This document shows, one piece after another, positions 8,783 to 18,049 of a stretch of 36,621 bases of DNA. The notes below the pieces were generated by a model. That model did no database searches. It was not told where the DNA came from and saw nothing but the letters and a program-made list of their open reading frames with translations. The DNA is from an uncultured Candidatus Rokubacteria bacterium (lineage in GTDB: Bacteria; Methylomirabilota; Methylomirabilia; Rokubacteriales; DASRDR01), in NCBI GenBank assembly GCA_963826115.1, contig CAWGVS010000009.1:1-36621 (forward strand), read 5' to 3'. Both the position numbers and the translations under genes were made by a program. How positions within the stretch are numbered: the first letter of the stretch is position 1; every line of letters begins with the position of its first letter.

Positions 8783-9047
8783 GGGCCACGTGGACAGCGA
8801 CGTCGGAGCCGAGCCGCGCGAGACGGACGGCCGCACCCGGCCACTCGGACACGGGCCGAGTGGCCGCTGACGACGACACGCCAGGCTCGGTACGAACATG
8901 GTGGCAGAGCCCCGGTCCGGGGCCCGAGGCGCGCGGGGCGGCCGGGTACCACCTCAACGGGCGCGGAACCAATTGACAGTCGTGGCAACGGCGTGCCTGA
9001 ATCGAGGCGTGGTCGCGCCGCGCTCGGCCCTGACGTCCGGCGAAGGA

Positions 9048-9785
9048 GTGGCGAGCGCGGAGCGAGCAGGCGCCCGCCGCGCGCCGGCGGTCCGGTGGGG
9101 CCTGGCGCTCCTGCCCTTCCTGGGACTCCTGGTCTACGGGCTCTCCGTTGCCCTGATGCCGCCCGGGCTCTTCCACTGGGTCTTCATCTCGGAGCTCGGC
9201 CCCGTGGAGATCGGGACCGCGGGCAGCTTCCTCGCGGCGAGCGTCATCGCGCTGCGGCTCCTCGGTCGGACGCGCGGGCGGGCCCCCGCGGTGGTCCGGG
9301 CCCTCTACCTCCTGTTCGCGGTGGGGGCCCTCTTCGCGTGCCTCGAGGAGATCAGCTACGGCCAGCACTTCCTGGGCTGGCACAGCCCGCAGTGGTTCGA
9401 GCAGCAGAACGCCCAGCACGAGACGAATCTCCACAACCTCTTCCGGGACCGGCCGGGCAAGCTCCTGCGGAACGGCGCCCTCATCGCGGTCGCGCTGGGG
9501 GGTGTGGTGCTGCCGGGCGGCGCGGCGTGGGTCGGCGGGCAGTACCGGCCCGGGCGCTGGGCGTACTATCTCCTGCCGCGGGCGGAGCTGGTCACGCTCG
9601 TCGCCGCGGCGTGGATCATGCGGCTCGTGCGGACGCTGCCGCACGACGTGCGCGCGGGCCGGGACACCGCGCTGTTCGAGCTGCTCGAGCTCTACCTGGC
9701 CATCACCGCCCTCGGGCTCATCCTCACCCTCTGGCGCCGACTCGGCACCGACCCGACGGGGCCCCTCGCGGAAAGGGAGCGATAG
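9048..9785 (+). CDS. Conserved hypothetical polytopic membrane protein (EEISxGQ / ETNLHN family)
   Basis: Motifs ELGPVE, LEEISYGQH, NAQHETNLHN, ELLEL and about six TM segments. The start is uncertain within 8898-9048. Confidence 0.75.
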   Translation: MASAERAGARRAPAVRWGLALLPFLGLLVYGLSVALMPPGLFHWVFISELGPVEIGTAGSFLAASVIALRLLGRTRGRAPAVVRALYLLFAVGALFACLEEISYGQHFLGWHSPQWFEQQNAQHETNLHNLFRDRPGKLLRNGALIAVALGGVVLPGGAAWVGGQYRPGRWAYYLLPRAELVTLVAAAWIMRLVRTLPHDVRAGRDTALFELLELYLAITALGLILTLWRRLGTDPTGPLAERER

Positions 9786-9787
9786 CG

Positions 9788-10381
9788 ATGAAGTCCGGGC
9801 TCCTCGTTCTCGGTGTCGTCGCGCTCGTCGTGATCCTCGGCCTCGGCTGGGCGATCTCGGTCGGCAACGGGCTGGTGGCGATGGACCAGACCGTCCAGGA
9901 AAGCTGGGCGCAGGTGCAGACGGTCTACCAGCAGCGCGCGGACCTCATCCCGAACCTCGTCGAGACCGTGAAGGGCTTCGCCGCGCAGGAGCGGACCGTC
10001 CTCGAGGAGGTCACGCGCGCTCGCGCGAGCGTCGCGGGGCTCAAGGTGACGCCCGAGGTCCTCAACGACCCCGCACAGCTCCGGAAGTTCCAGGAGGCCC
10101 AGAGCCAGCTGAGTGGCGCCCTGAGCCGGCTGCTCGTGACGGTGGAGCGCTACCCCGATCTCAAGTCCAATCAGAACTTCCTCGCGCTCCAGAACCAGCT
10201 GGAGAGCATCGAGAACCGCGTTGCGGCCGAGCGACGACGCTTCAACGAGTCGGTCCGCGCGTACAACACCGCGGTCCGGAGCTTCCCGGGCAGCCTGGTG
10301 GCGTCGTTCCGCGGCTTCCGCGAGAAGCCGTTCTTCGAGGCCGCCCCGGGCAGCGAGGCCGCGCCCCAGATCAAGTTCTAG
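9788..10381 (+). CDS. lemA: LemA family protein
   Basis: N-terminal TM, QQRADLIPNLVETVKG, VERYPDLKSNQNFLALQ, ENR...ERRRFNESV. GGGAG precedes the ATG. Confidence 0.97.
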   Translation: MKSGLLVLGVVALVVILGLGWAISVGNGLVAMDQTVQESWAQVQTVYQQRADLIPNLVETVKGFAAQERTVLEEVTRARASVAGLKVTPEVLNDPAQLRKFQEAQSQLSGALSRLLVTVERYPDLKSNQNFLALQNQLESIENRVAAERRRFNESVRAYNTAVRSFPGSLVASFRGFREKPFFEAAPGSEAAPQIKF

Positions 10382-10453
10382 GCGTGCCCCGCCGCGCGCG
10401 CCGGCGTCAGAACGTCGCGCCGCCGCCAGCCTGGCGCGGGGTCCGGGCGCCGG

Positions 10454-10873
10454 CTACCGGTTCGGCGGGGCGGCGCTGATCTCGCCGAGCGTCGAGTCCG
10501 GCTCTCGCTCGACCGCCAGATCCCCGAGCGTCACGATCCCGACCGGCCGCCCGCCCTCGACCACGGGGAGCCGGCGGATCGCCTTGTCCCGCATGAGGTT
10601 CTCGGCGTCCCCGATCGCGGCGCCGGGCGACAGGGTGGTCAGCTCTTTGCTACAGATCTCGCCGACGGTGGTGCGCGCGGGATCGCGTCCCTCCGCCAGG
10701 GCCCGGACCACGATGTCGCGGTCGGTCAGGATGCCCTGCACCTGACCGTTCTCGACGACGACGACGTCGCCGATGTTCCCGTCGCGCATGGAGCGGGCTG
10801 CTGCGATCACGGTATCCGTCGACTGGAGCGTAACGGGCTTCTGAGTCATGATGTCGCGCAGGTATCGAGCCAT
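10454..10873 (-). CDS. CBS-domain pair protein
   Basis: LRDIMT, GILTDRDIVVR, IRRLPVVE, GIVTLGDL; AAGGAGG Shine-Dalgarno upstream of ATG 10873. Confidence 0.95.
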   Translation of the reverse strand: MARYLRDIMTQKPVTLQSTDTVIAAARSMRDGNIGDVVVVENGQVQGILTDRDIVVRALAEGRDPARTTVGEICSKELTTLSPGAAIGDAENLMRDKAIRRLPVVEGGRPVGIVTLGDLAVEREPDSTLGEISAAPPNR

Positions 10874-11046
10874 CGGGTCGCCTCCTTCGGCGTGGGTCGG
10901 TCCGCGGCGGGCATCGCGCCCGCCGGCGGCCTCGCAGTCTGGTCGTGCAAGGAGGCTGCCGGCGGTCCGCGGGGTGGACGCCGGCGGGCTCCGGTCGTGG
11001 CACGATGGTCGAGGCCCGACAGGGACCACTTTCGAGGGAGGGACCG

Positions 11047-11631
11047 ATGCGAGGGATGCGCGAGGTGGCGGTGGCGGCGGGACTCGTGCTGGCGGCCGGG
11101 GCCGCCGCCGGGTGCGCGGGAAGCGGGGCGCCCGCGCGGGACTCGTCGCGCGTCGCGTGGGCCGAGCTCCGGAGCCAGAGCGGCGAATCCGTCGGTTCCG
11201 CCGTGCTCCGGGAGGAGAGCGGCCGCGTCCGGATCGTGGTCCAGGCCAGCGGACTGACGCCCGGGCGCCACGCCGTCCACATCCACGCGGTGGGCCGGTG
11301 CGAGCCGCCCGGCTTCCAGAGCGCGGGCGACCACTTCAATCCGCTCGGGAAGCAGCACGGCCTCGTGAATCCCGCCGGCCCCCACGCCGGCGACCTGCCG
11401 GAGCTGCAGGCCGACGCGAGCGGCCGCGCGGAGTACGTCGGCGGGACGGACCGCGTGACGCTTGCGCCCGGCACCGCCTCGATCTTCGACGGAGACGGCA
11501 GCGCCATCGTGGTGCACGCGCAGGGCGACGATCAGCGGACCGACCCCTCGGGCAACTCGGGGGAGCGCGTGCTCTGCGGCCCGGTCGTCGCCGGCCCCAT
11601 CAGCGGCTTCCTGCCCCTCGCGCGGCGCTAG
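11047..11631 (+). CDS. sodC: Cu/Zn superoxide dismutase, lipoprotein
   Basis: Lipobox-like AAGC; metal ligands HIH, HFNP, HG, HAGDL, VVH; GNSGER-C; two further Cys available for the disulfide. Confidence 0.93.
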   Translation: MRGMREVAVAAGLVLAAGAAAGCAGSGAPARDSSRVAWAELRSQSGESVGSAVLREESGRVRIVVQASGLTPGRHAVHIHAVGRCEPPGFQSAGDHFNPLGKQHGLVNPAGPHAGDLPELQADASGRAEYVGGTDRVTLAPGTASIFDGDGSAIVVHAQGDDQRTDPSGNSGERVLCGPVVAGPISGFLPLARR

Positions 11632-11680
11632 CCTCCCGCCCCGCTGGGCCGGGACGGACCGGCCGCGGCCCGGGCCAGCG

Positions 11681-12454
11681 ATGACGACGCGCCGGGCCGC
11701 CTTCCCGGTCGGCCGCCTGATCCGGCCCGCCGCGCACGCGGGCCGCCTGGTCCGTGGCTGGCTCGCGCGGCAAGAGGCCGTCGTGCTGGTCGCGGCCTTC
11801 CTGATCGTCCTCGCCGTCTACGGCTTCGTCGAGCTCGCGGGCGAGCTGCACGAAGGCGAGATGCGCGACTTCGACACCTGGCTCCTGCTGCTCCTCCGCC
11901 GCCCGGACAACCCGACGCTTCTCATCGGCCCGCGCTGGGTCGCGGAAGCCGTCACCGACTTCACGGCGCTCGGCAGCACAGCGGTGCTGACGACCATCCT
12001 GCTCTGCGCGGTCGGCTACCTCGCGCTCCTCCGTCGCTACGGCGCGGCGGCGCTCGTGATCGTCGCCTCCGTCGGCGGCGGGCTCTTGAGCCTGGTCCTG
12101 AAGGAGCTGTTCGCCCGCGGCCGGCCCGCCGTCGTCCCGCACCTCGTCACCGTCGAAAGCCTCAGCTTTCCGAGCGGCCACTCCATGGCGAGCGCCGTCA
12201 TCTACCTCACGCTCGGCGCCCTGCTGGCGCGGTTCACCGCCCGGCGCCGCATCCGCGTCTACGTGATCGCGATCTCGTTCGGCCTCACGTTCGTCATCGG
12301 GGTCACGCGGATCTGCCTCGGCGTCCACTACCCGACCGACGTGCTGGCGGGCTGGGCGGCCGGCCTGGCCTGGGCGCTGGTGTGCTGGCTCGTGGCCCGG
12401 TACCTCCAGTATCGGGGCGCCGTGGAGGCGCCCGGAGCGTCCCGCCCGCGCTGA
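11681..12454 (+). CDS. PAP2-family phosphatase (undecaprenyl-PP phosphatase-like)
   Basis: C1 KELFARGRP, C2 SFPSGH, C3 TRICLGVHYPTDV. Confidence 0.93.
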   Translation: MTTRRAAFPVGRLIRPAAHAGRLVRGWLARQEAVVLVAAFLIVLAVYGFVELAGELHEGEMRDFDTWLLLLLRRPDNPTLLIGPRWVAEAVTDFTALGSTAVLTTILLCAVGYLALLRRYGAAALVIVASVGGGLLSLVLKELFARGRPAVVPHLVTVESLSFPSGHSMASAVIYLTLGALLARFTARRRIRVYVIAISFGLTFVIGVTRICLGVHYPTDVLAGWAAGLAWALVCWLVARYLQYRGAVEAPGASRPR

Positions 12455-12472
12455 GCGCCGCGGTCCGGCGCC

Positions 12473-14092
12473 TCAGCCGTGCGAGTGGCCCGGCAGGCGC
12501 TCCTCGCCGGCCCCGATCCGGATCGCCTCGACGTCGAGCTCCTGCTCGAGGCGGTGGAGCACGTCGTCGCTGATCACGCCCTCGTCACGCAGGGCGATCA
12601 GGGCCCGCCGCTCCGCCGACAGCGTCTCGTGGCGGAGCCGGCGGAGGGCCGCCTGCGCGCGGGCTGACTCGGCGCCGACGCCCGGGTCGATGGCGGACGC
12701 GCGCTCGACCCGCTGCGTGTAGAGGATCCGCAGCCGCGCGATGTCGTCGCGCGGCGCGTCGGGCGCCCGCGCCAGGTCCTCGAGGCGCGCCAGCGCCGCC
12801 CGGCCCGCCTCCTGGCGCGCGTGCGCCTCCTCGAGCTCGAGCGTCGCGTCGTGGCCGAGCCGGAGCCAGCGGATCAGGGGCCCCAGGCTGAGCCCCTGCA
12901 GCACGAGCGTGACCAGGATCACCTGGAAGGTCAGGACCACGATCTCGTCGCGCGACGGGAACGGGGCGCCGCTGGCCGTCGTCAGCGGGAGGGCCAGGGC
13001 CGCGGCGAGCGAGACGACACCCCGCATCCCCGTCCACGAGATGAGGAACACGTTGCCCCACGGCGGGAACGGGTCGCGGCGCCGAAGCGCCGGGCTGACG
13101 AGACGCGGGATCGCCGTGGCGAGCGGGACCCACACGAGGCGGATCAGGATCGCCACCGCGCTGATCGCGGCGCCGTAGAGGATGAGGCGCGCCGGGCGCT
13201 CGATCAGGCCGGCGTCGCGGATCGCGCGCAGCTGGAGGCCGATCAGCACGAAGATGACGCCGTTCAGCACGAAGACCAGGAGGTCCCACACCGCGCGCGC
13301 CTGGATCCGGGTCGCGGGTGGCACGGCGGTGCTGAAGCCCTGGCGGACGTAGAGCCCGCCGGCGACGCAGGCGAGGACGGCCGAGGTGTCGAAGCGCTCG
13401 GCTGCCACCCACGCCGCGTACGGGGCCAGCAGCGTGATGGCGATCTCGACCAGGCTGTCCTCGGCGTGGTGGAGGGCCTCGCGCGTCACGTAGCCGACGA
13501 GGAGCCCGATGGCCGCGCCGCCGATTCCCGCCAGGGCGAACTGCCAGAGGGTGTCCCGCACAATGAAGCCGCCGGTCACGGCCGCGGCCACCCCCGCCCG
13601 GTACAGGACCAGGGCCGCGGCGTCGTTCACCAGGCTCTCGCCCTCGAGGATGGTGACGACCCGGTGCGGGATGCGGAGGCGCCGGGCGATGGCGGTCGCC
13701 GCCACCGCGTCGGGCGGGGACACGATGGCGCCGAGCACGAAGGCGGCGGGCCACGAGAGGCCCGGCACGATGGCGTGCGCCACGGCGGCGACGGCGGCCG
13801 TGGTGGCCACGACCAGGCCCACCGCGAGGAGCGTGATCGGCCGGAGGTTCGCCTGGAAGTCGCGGAGGGACGTGAAGTAGGCGGCGGCCCACAGGATCGG
13901 CGGCAGGAAGATCAGGAACACGACCTCGGGGTCGAGCCGGACCGCGGGAACGCCCGGCACGAAGCCCAGGACCAGCCCCCCGAGGACCAGGAAGATCGGA
14001 TACGGGATGAGGACGCGGCGGGCGAGCGCCATCAGCACCAGCACGATCGCCAGCAGGAGGACCACGACCTCCAGCCGATACAGGGACTCCAC
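12473..14092 (-). CDS. Na+/H+ antiporter, CPA1 family (YjcE/NhaK-like)
   Basis: FLPPILW, IVSPPDAVA, LEGESLVND, WTGMRGVVSLAAAL and a C-terminal helical domain. Confidence 0.96.
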   Translation of the reverse strand: MESLYRLEVVVLLLAIVLVLMALARRVLIPYPIFLVLGGLVLGFVPGVPAVRLDPEVVFLIFLPPILWAAAYFTSLRDFQANLRPITLLAVGLVVATTAAVAAVAHAIVPGLSWPAAFVLGAIVSPPDAVAATAIARRLRIPHRVVTILEGESLVNDAAALVLYRAGVAAAVTGGFIVRDTLWQFALAGIGGAAIGLLVGYVTREALHHAEDSLVEIAITLLAPYAAWVAAERFDTSAVLACVAGGLYVRQGFSTAVPPATRIQARAVWDLLVFVLNGVIFVLIGLQLRAIRDAGLIERPARLILYGAAISAVAILIRLVWVPLATAIPRLVSPALRRRDPFPPWGNVFLISWTGMRGVVSLAAALALPLTTASGAPFPSRDEIVVLTFQVILVTLVLQGLSLGPLIRWLRLGHDATLELEEAHARQEAGRAALARLEDLARAPDAPRDDIARLRILYTQRVERASAIDPGVGAESARAQAALRRLRHETLSAERRALIALRDEGVISDDVLHRLEQELDVEAIRIGAGEERLPGHSHG

Positions 14093-14191
14093 GGTCCCCC
14101 ATTATGGCGAGAGGCCGGCCGGAGGGCCACGCGAGTTGAGGGGCCGGCCCGCGCCTGGTACGGTGAGCGGAGGGGCGCGAGGAGACGGGAC

Positions 14192-14419
14192 ATGGCCGAC
14201 GCGGCGCGCGAGGGACGGCGGACCTACGACAACGGCGAGATCCGGGTGATCTGGCGCCCGGCCCTCTGCGCGCACTCCGGGGTGTGCGTGGGCGGGCTCC
14301 CCGCGGTCTTCCGGCCCGGCGAGCGCCCCTGGATCGACCTCGCCGGGACCCCGAGCGAGCGGATCGTCTCGCAGATCGAGCAGTGCCCATCCGGCGCCCT
14401 CTCGTGGGAGCGCATCTGA
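14192..14419 (+). CDS. Divergent 4Fe-4S mono-cluster protein (YjdI-like)
   Basis: MADAAREGRRTYDNGEIRVIWRPALCAHSGVCVGGLPAVF..RPWI...QCPSGALS: CxHxxxC plus CPSGAL. This is the C-terminal part of ORF 12821..14419. Confidence 0.9.
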   Translation: MADAAREGRRTYDNGEIRVIWRPALCAHSGVCVGGLPAVFRPGERPWIDLAGTPSERIVSQIEQCPSGALSWERI

Positions 14420-14739
14420 TGCCGGCATCCGCCAGCGCGCCCCCGGAGGTCACGCGGAACGACGCGCGCCGGCGCTTCGAAGCCACGGTCGACGGCCGCA
14501 CCGCGGTGCTCACGTACCGCGAAACCGACGGCCGGGTGACGATGCTCCACACCGAGGTGCCGGAGGAGCTCCGAGGGCGGGGGCTCGCCGACCTGCTCGC
14601 CCGGGCCGCCCTCGACGACGCCCGCCGGCGGGGGCTCGCCGTGCGCCCGCTCTGTCCGTTCGTGCAGACATTCATGCAGCGGCACCCGGAGTACGCGGAC
14701 CTCGCGGCTCCCGGGGCGCCGCCGGGAGGATCGCGATGA
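14419..14739 (+). CDS. GNAT-family N-acetyltransferase (YjdJ-like)
   Basis: HTEVPEELRGRGLA, PLCPFV, HPEY; TGATG overlap with the YjdI-like gene. Confidence 0.9.
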   Translation: MPASASAPPEVTRNDARRRFEATVDGRTAVLTYRETDGRVTMLHTEVPEELRGRGLADLLARAALDDARRRGLAVRPLCPFVQTFMQRHPEYADLAAPGAPPGGSR

Positions 14740-15161
14740 GCGTCCGGAACGCGGAAGCCGTCTGGGAAGGCACCCTCCGAGAGGGCAAGGGGCGAGTCAA
14801 GCTCGGCAGCGGGGCGTTCGAGGGCCCCTACTCGTTCCGCTCGCGGTTCGAGGACGGCCCGGGCACGAACCCGGAGGAGCTGATCGGCGCCGCCCACGCC
14901 GGCTGCTTCTCCATGGCCCTGTCGGCAGGCCTCACCCGGGCGAAGCTCACGCCCCGACGAATCCACACGACGGCCAAGGTGCACCTCGACAGCGTGGACG
15001 GCGGGTTCCGCATCACGCGGATCGAGCTCGAGACGGAGGCCGAGGTGCCGGGGCTCGACGCCCCGGGGTTCGCCGAGCACGCCGAAACGGCCAAGAAGAA
15101 CTGCCCGGTCTCGGTGGCCCTCGCCGGCGTCCAGATCTCGCTGAACGCCCGGCTCGTGTAG
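14736..15161 (+). CDS. osmC: OsmC-family peroxiredoxin
   Basis: SRFE.GPGTNPEELIGAAHAGCFSMALS and AKKNCPVS; ATGA overlap with the GNAT gene. Confidence 0.96.
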   Translation: MSVRNAEAVWEGTLREGKGRVKLGSGAFEGPYSFRSRFEDGPGTNPEELIGAAHAGCFSMALSAGLTRAKLTPRRIHTTAKVHLDSVDGGFRITRIELETEAEVPGLDAPGFAEHAETAKKNCPVSVALAGVQISLNARLV

Positions 15162-15169
15162 CGCCGGCT

Positions 15170-15206
15170 CCGGGGCGCGGCGCCCGAGCTTCGCGCCGCG
15201 CCCCGG
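15170..15206 (+). terminator. GC-rich hairpin after osmC (possible terminator or mRNA-stability element)
   Basis: Perfect 14-bp stem CCGGGGCGCGGCGC / GCGCCGCGCCCCGG with a 9-nt loop; no U-tract. Confidence 0.45.
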
Positions 15207-15277
15207 GGTCCCGTACGATGGACGCGCGTCGCCGCGGGTCCGTCGACGCCGAGCGGGCGACGCGGGGGAGGGCTCGC

Positions 15278-15742
15278 GTGCACTTCTGGATTCCGGACGT
15301 CCCGCTCGCCGAGAAGGTCCTCCGGTCGATCGTCGTCTACGGCTTCCTGCTGGCGGCGTTCCGCGTCGTCGGCAAGCGGCAGCTCGGCCAGATGACGCCG
15401 TTCGATCTGATCGTGCTCCTCATCATCAGCAACGTGGTGCAGAACGCGCTCATCGGGAACGACAACTCCCTGGGCGGCGGGCTGGTGGGCGCCACGACCA
15501 TCCTCGCCCTGAACGCCCTGGTGGCGTACGCGACGTTCCGCTGGAAGCGGGTCCGTCGGGTCGTCGAGCACTCGCCGACGATCCTCGTGCGCCACGGCCA
15601 GATCCAGTGGGACCGCCTCGCCTCCGAGCGCATCAGCACGGACGAGTTCCACGCCGCGCTGCGCCGCGAGGGAGTCGTGACCGTGAAGGAGATCCGCTAC
15701 GTCCTGCTCGAGCAGGACGGGCACTTCAGCGTGCTGCGCTAG
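15278..15742 (+). CDS. DUF421 / YetF-family membrane protein
   Basis: GKRQLGQMTPFDLIVLLIISN, LRREGV, LEQDGHFSV; GGGAGGG precedes GTG 15278. Confidence 0.92.
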   Translation: MHFWIPDVPLAEKVLRSIVVYGFLLAAFRVVGKRQLGQMTPFDLIVLLIISNVVQNALIGNDNSLGGGLVGATTILALNALVAYATFRWKRVRRVVEHSPTILVRHGQIQWDRLASERISTDEFHAALRREGVVTVKEIRYVLLEQDGHFSVLR

Positions 15743-15858
15743 CCGGCGCGGGGCCCGGCGCCGTCAGCGCAGCGCGAAGCCGCGGGTCTCGACGGCGAGC
15801 TGCCCGGGCGCGTAGCCGAAAGTCGCCGACAAGGCCGCGTAGCCCGACTGCTCGAGGG

Positions 15859-16539
15859 CTACTTGTCGGACAGCTGTGTCTGCAGGAGCCCCACCAGGCG
15901 GGCCACGAGGACCGCCACGAAGAACTGGCCGAGAAGCGCCTCGAGGATGACCAGGCTGCGAGCAGCGGGCGCGACCGGCGTGATGTCGCCGTAGCCCACC
16001 GTCGTCAGCGTGACGAAGCTGAAGTAGACCCACTTGGCCAGCCCGGCCGCGGGAAGGGCCGCGGGCGCGCCGTCCTGCGGGACCGGATTGAAGGCCGCCG
16101 GATCGATGTCGCCGATCGACGCGTAGAAGAGGGCGAAGACCACCCCGAGCATCATGTACACGCACGCGGCCTGATAGATGGTCTCCGGCTGGATGCGGGT
16201 CTGGCGCCCGATATCGGCCAGGAGGGTCCAGACCACCAGGCCGAGCAAGGCGACCGTCACGGCCCGGCTCGCGAGATGGAGCGGAAGGCTCTCGACGAAG
16301 ATGCCGAGCCAGTTGCTCGCGAGGGCGACGATGGCGAGCGCGAGCCCGGCGACGAAGGTCGGCCGGTGCGCCTGGAGCCCCCACGCGGCGGACACGAGGA
16401 TGGCGGAGAAGACCAGGGCCAGCGCCATGCGCCCGGGCGTCCCGCGGAGGAACGGCTGCACGAGGATCAGCAGGAGCAGCGACGCCAGGAGGTACTGGAA
16501 TCGCGTCACGGCCAGGCGCGCGATGCTGGGCGTCGACAT
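15859..16539 (-). CDS. Potassium channel family protein (Ion_trans_2)
   Basis: YFSFVTLTTVGYGDITP pore helix and TVGYG selectivity filter; several TM helices. Confidence 0.93.
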   Translation of the reverse strand: MSTPSIARLAVTRFQYLLASLLLLILVQPFLRGTPGRMALALVFSAILVSAAWGLQAHRPTFVAGLALAIVALASNWLGIFVESLPLHLASRAVTVALLGLVVWTLLADIGRQTRIQPETIYQAACVYMMLGVVFALFYASIGDIDPAAFNPVPQDGAPAALPAAGLAKWVYFSFVTLTTVGYGDITPVAPAARSLVILEALLGQFFVAVLVARLVGLLQTQLSDK

Positions 16540-16600
16540 CGGGTTCTCCGCCGCCCCGCACTCTCTCCGGGGCGAGCGCGTGTGTCAAGCCGCCGAACGC

Positions 16601-17215
16601 TTACGGTAGCGGGCCAGTCCCTCCGGAGGGAGCGCGATTCCACCTCGCCCGGCTCCGCTCGAGCAGCTCCGCCGGGGTCGCGCCGCTGGCCAGGGCGAGC
16701 CGCGTCCAGTAGCGCCAGACGTCGCCAAGCTCGCCCGACAGGCGCGCGCGCTGCGAGTCGTCGCCTCGCGCGCACTTCCGCAGGCACTCGACGACCTCGC
16801 CGGCATCCCCCACCAGGGCGAGTCCGACGTCGCCCAGCCCGTCGCCGTCGGCCGGATCCGCGCCGTCCGCGTCGCGCACCCACGCGGCGAACTCGTCGAG
16901 CGCCATCGGTGCGGTGACGGGCGCCGGCCCTCCGGCCGGACGGCCGGCCCGCCGCCAGTCCACGTGCGCCCGGCTCCGCGCCAGGAGCGTCGACGGCGCG
17001 AGCCCGGTGAGCGCGCAGAGCCGCGCCCACTGGTACGCCACGTCGCCCAGCGTCTCGGCCAGCCGGGCCGCCCCCCGGGCGTCGCCGCTCCGCCAGTCCG
17101 CGAGGACTCCGGCGACGCGGCCGACGGCGGCGGCGAACGCGAGACCGATCTCGGGGAGCGCACGGTCGGCGGCGTCGCTTCCCCTCGCCCACGCCACGTA
17201 GTCGTCGAGCGTCAT
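16601..17215 (-). CDS. Protein with two tandem MazG-like (all-alpha NTP pyrophosphatase) modules
   Basis: Internal duplication MTLDDY...ETLGDVAYQW / MALDEF...GDAGEVVECLRK...GELGDVWRYW. GGAGG precedes ATG 17215, with TGCTACCGT at 17250-17242. Confidence 0.7.
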   Translation of the reverse strand: MTLDDYVAWARGSDAADRALPEIGLAFAAAVGRVAGVLADWRSGDARGAARLAETLGDVAYQWARLCALTGLAPSTLLARSRAHVDWRRAGRPAGGPAPVTAPMALDEFAAWVRDADGADPADGDGLGDVGLALVGDAGEVVECLRKCARGDDSQRARLSGELGDVWRYWTRLALASGATPAELLERSRARWNRAPSGGTGPLP

Positions 17216-17391
17216 GCGCGCCTCCGGTTCGTCAACTCCGCACGGTAGCATGCCGACCTCGCTCCAGCTCTTCACGCTCAGCTCGGGCCCGCGCCCTTGC
17301 CGGCTCCGTCGACGGCGCGCTATCGTGCGGGCGGAGGCAATGCGGACCGTCCTCGCCGATTCACGTGCGATGCCCGAGGAGGGAGGCGCGC

Positions 17392-18045
17392 ATGGCGTCC
17401 CTGACGCGTCGACGATTCGTCTGCGCTCTGGTCGCTGGTCTTCGCCAGGTGTCCGTGATGTCGAGCGCTGAGGCCCAGGCCGCGCTCGAGCCCGGCCGCG
17501 TCGCGGGCGGCCAGCTCGCCGGGCTCTTCTACCGCGTGGTGGTCGCCACCGTCGGCCCGCGCCGGGCCGACACGCGCACGTGGCTGTTCCTGCCGGGGCA
17601 GCGCGTCAGCCGCGTCTACCCGTTCGGCGGCGTGTTCGATCCGGCGCGCTGCAGCGGCGACACGTGCGGCGCGTACCAGATCGGCGGGGGGCAGCTCACC
17701 GTGCGCTCGGACGGCGGCCGCACGCTCCAGTGGGCCTTCGCCGCGACGGCCGACGGCATCAGCCTGGACGGCGCCCCGTTCCGGCCCGCGCGCCCGATGA
17801 CGGGCGCGGCGCTGGTCGGCCGGTGGTCCGACGAGGGCGGCACCACCTATGTGTTCGACGGCAACGGCCGCTTCACCTTCGGCACCGGCAGCGGCGGCCT
17901 CGCCGGGACTTACCAGCTGCAGGGGTTCCTGCTCACTCTCACCTTCGCCGACGGCGCCGTACGGCGCCGCACCCTCTTCGCCGCGAGCGCGGGGGAGCCG
18001 GTCGGCATGATCAGCGTCGAAGGCGACGTGTACGCGCGAAAGTAG
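17392..18045 (+). CDS. Hypothetical exported beta-rich protein with Tat-like signal
   Basis: GGAGG then ATG 17392; SLTRRRFV twin-arginine motif; AEA/AQA cleavage-like site; coding-type codon bias. Confidence 0.75.
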   Translation: MASLTRRRFVCALVAGLRQVSVMSSAEAQAALEPGRVAGGQLAGLFYRVVVATVGPRRADTRTWLFLPGQRVSRVYPFGGVFDPARCSGDTCGAYQIGGGQLTVRSDGGRTLQWAFAATADGISLDGAPFRPARPMTGAALVGRWSDEGGTTYVFDGNGRFTFGTGSGGLAGTYQLQGFLLTLTFADGAVRRRTLFAASAGEPVGMISVEGDVYARK

Positions 18046-18049
18046 GGCC

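Noticed and set aside
10998-11014. Sigma54 -24/-12 promoter (TGGCACG) upstream of sodC; similar site at 8983
   Set aside because: The -12 GC is absent at 10998 and mis-spaced by one base at 8983.
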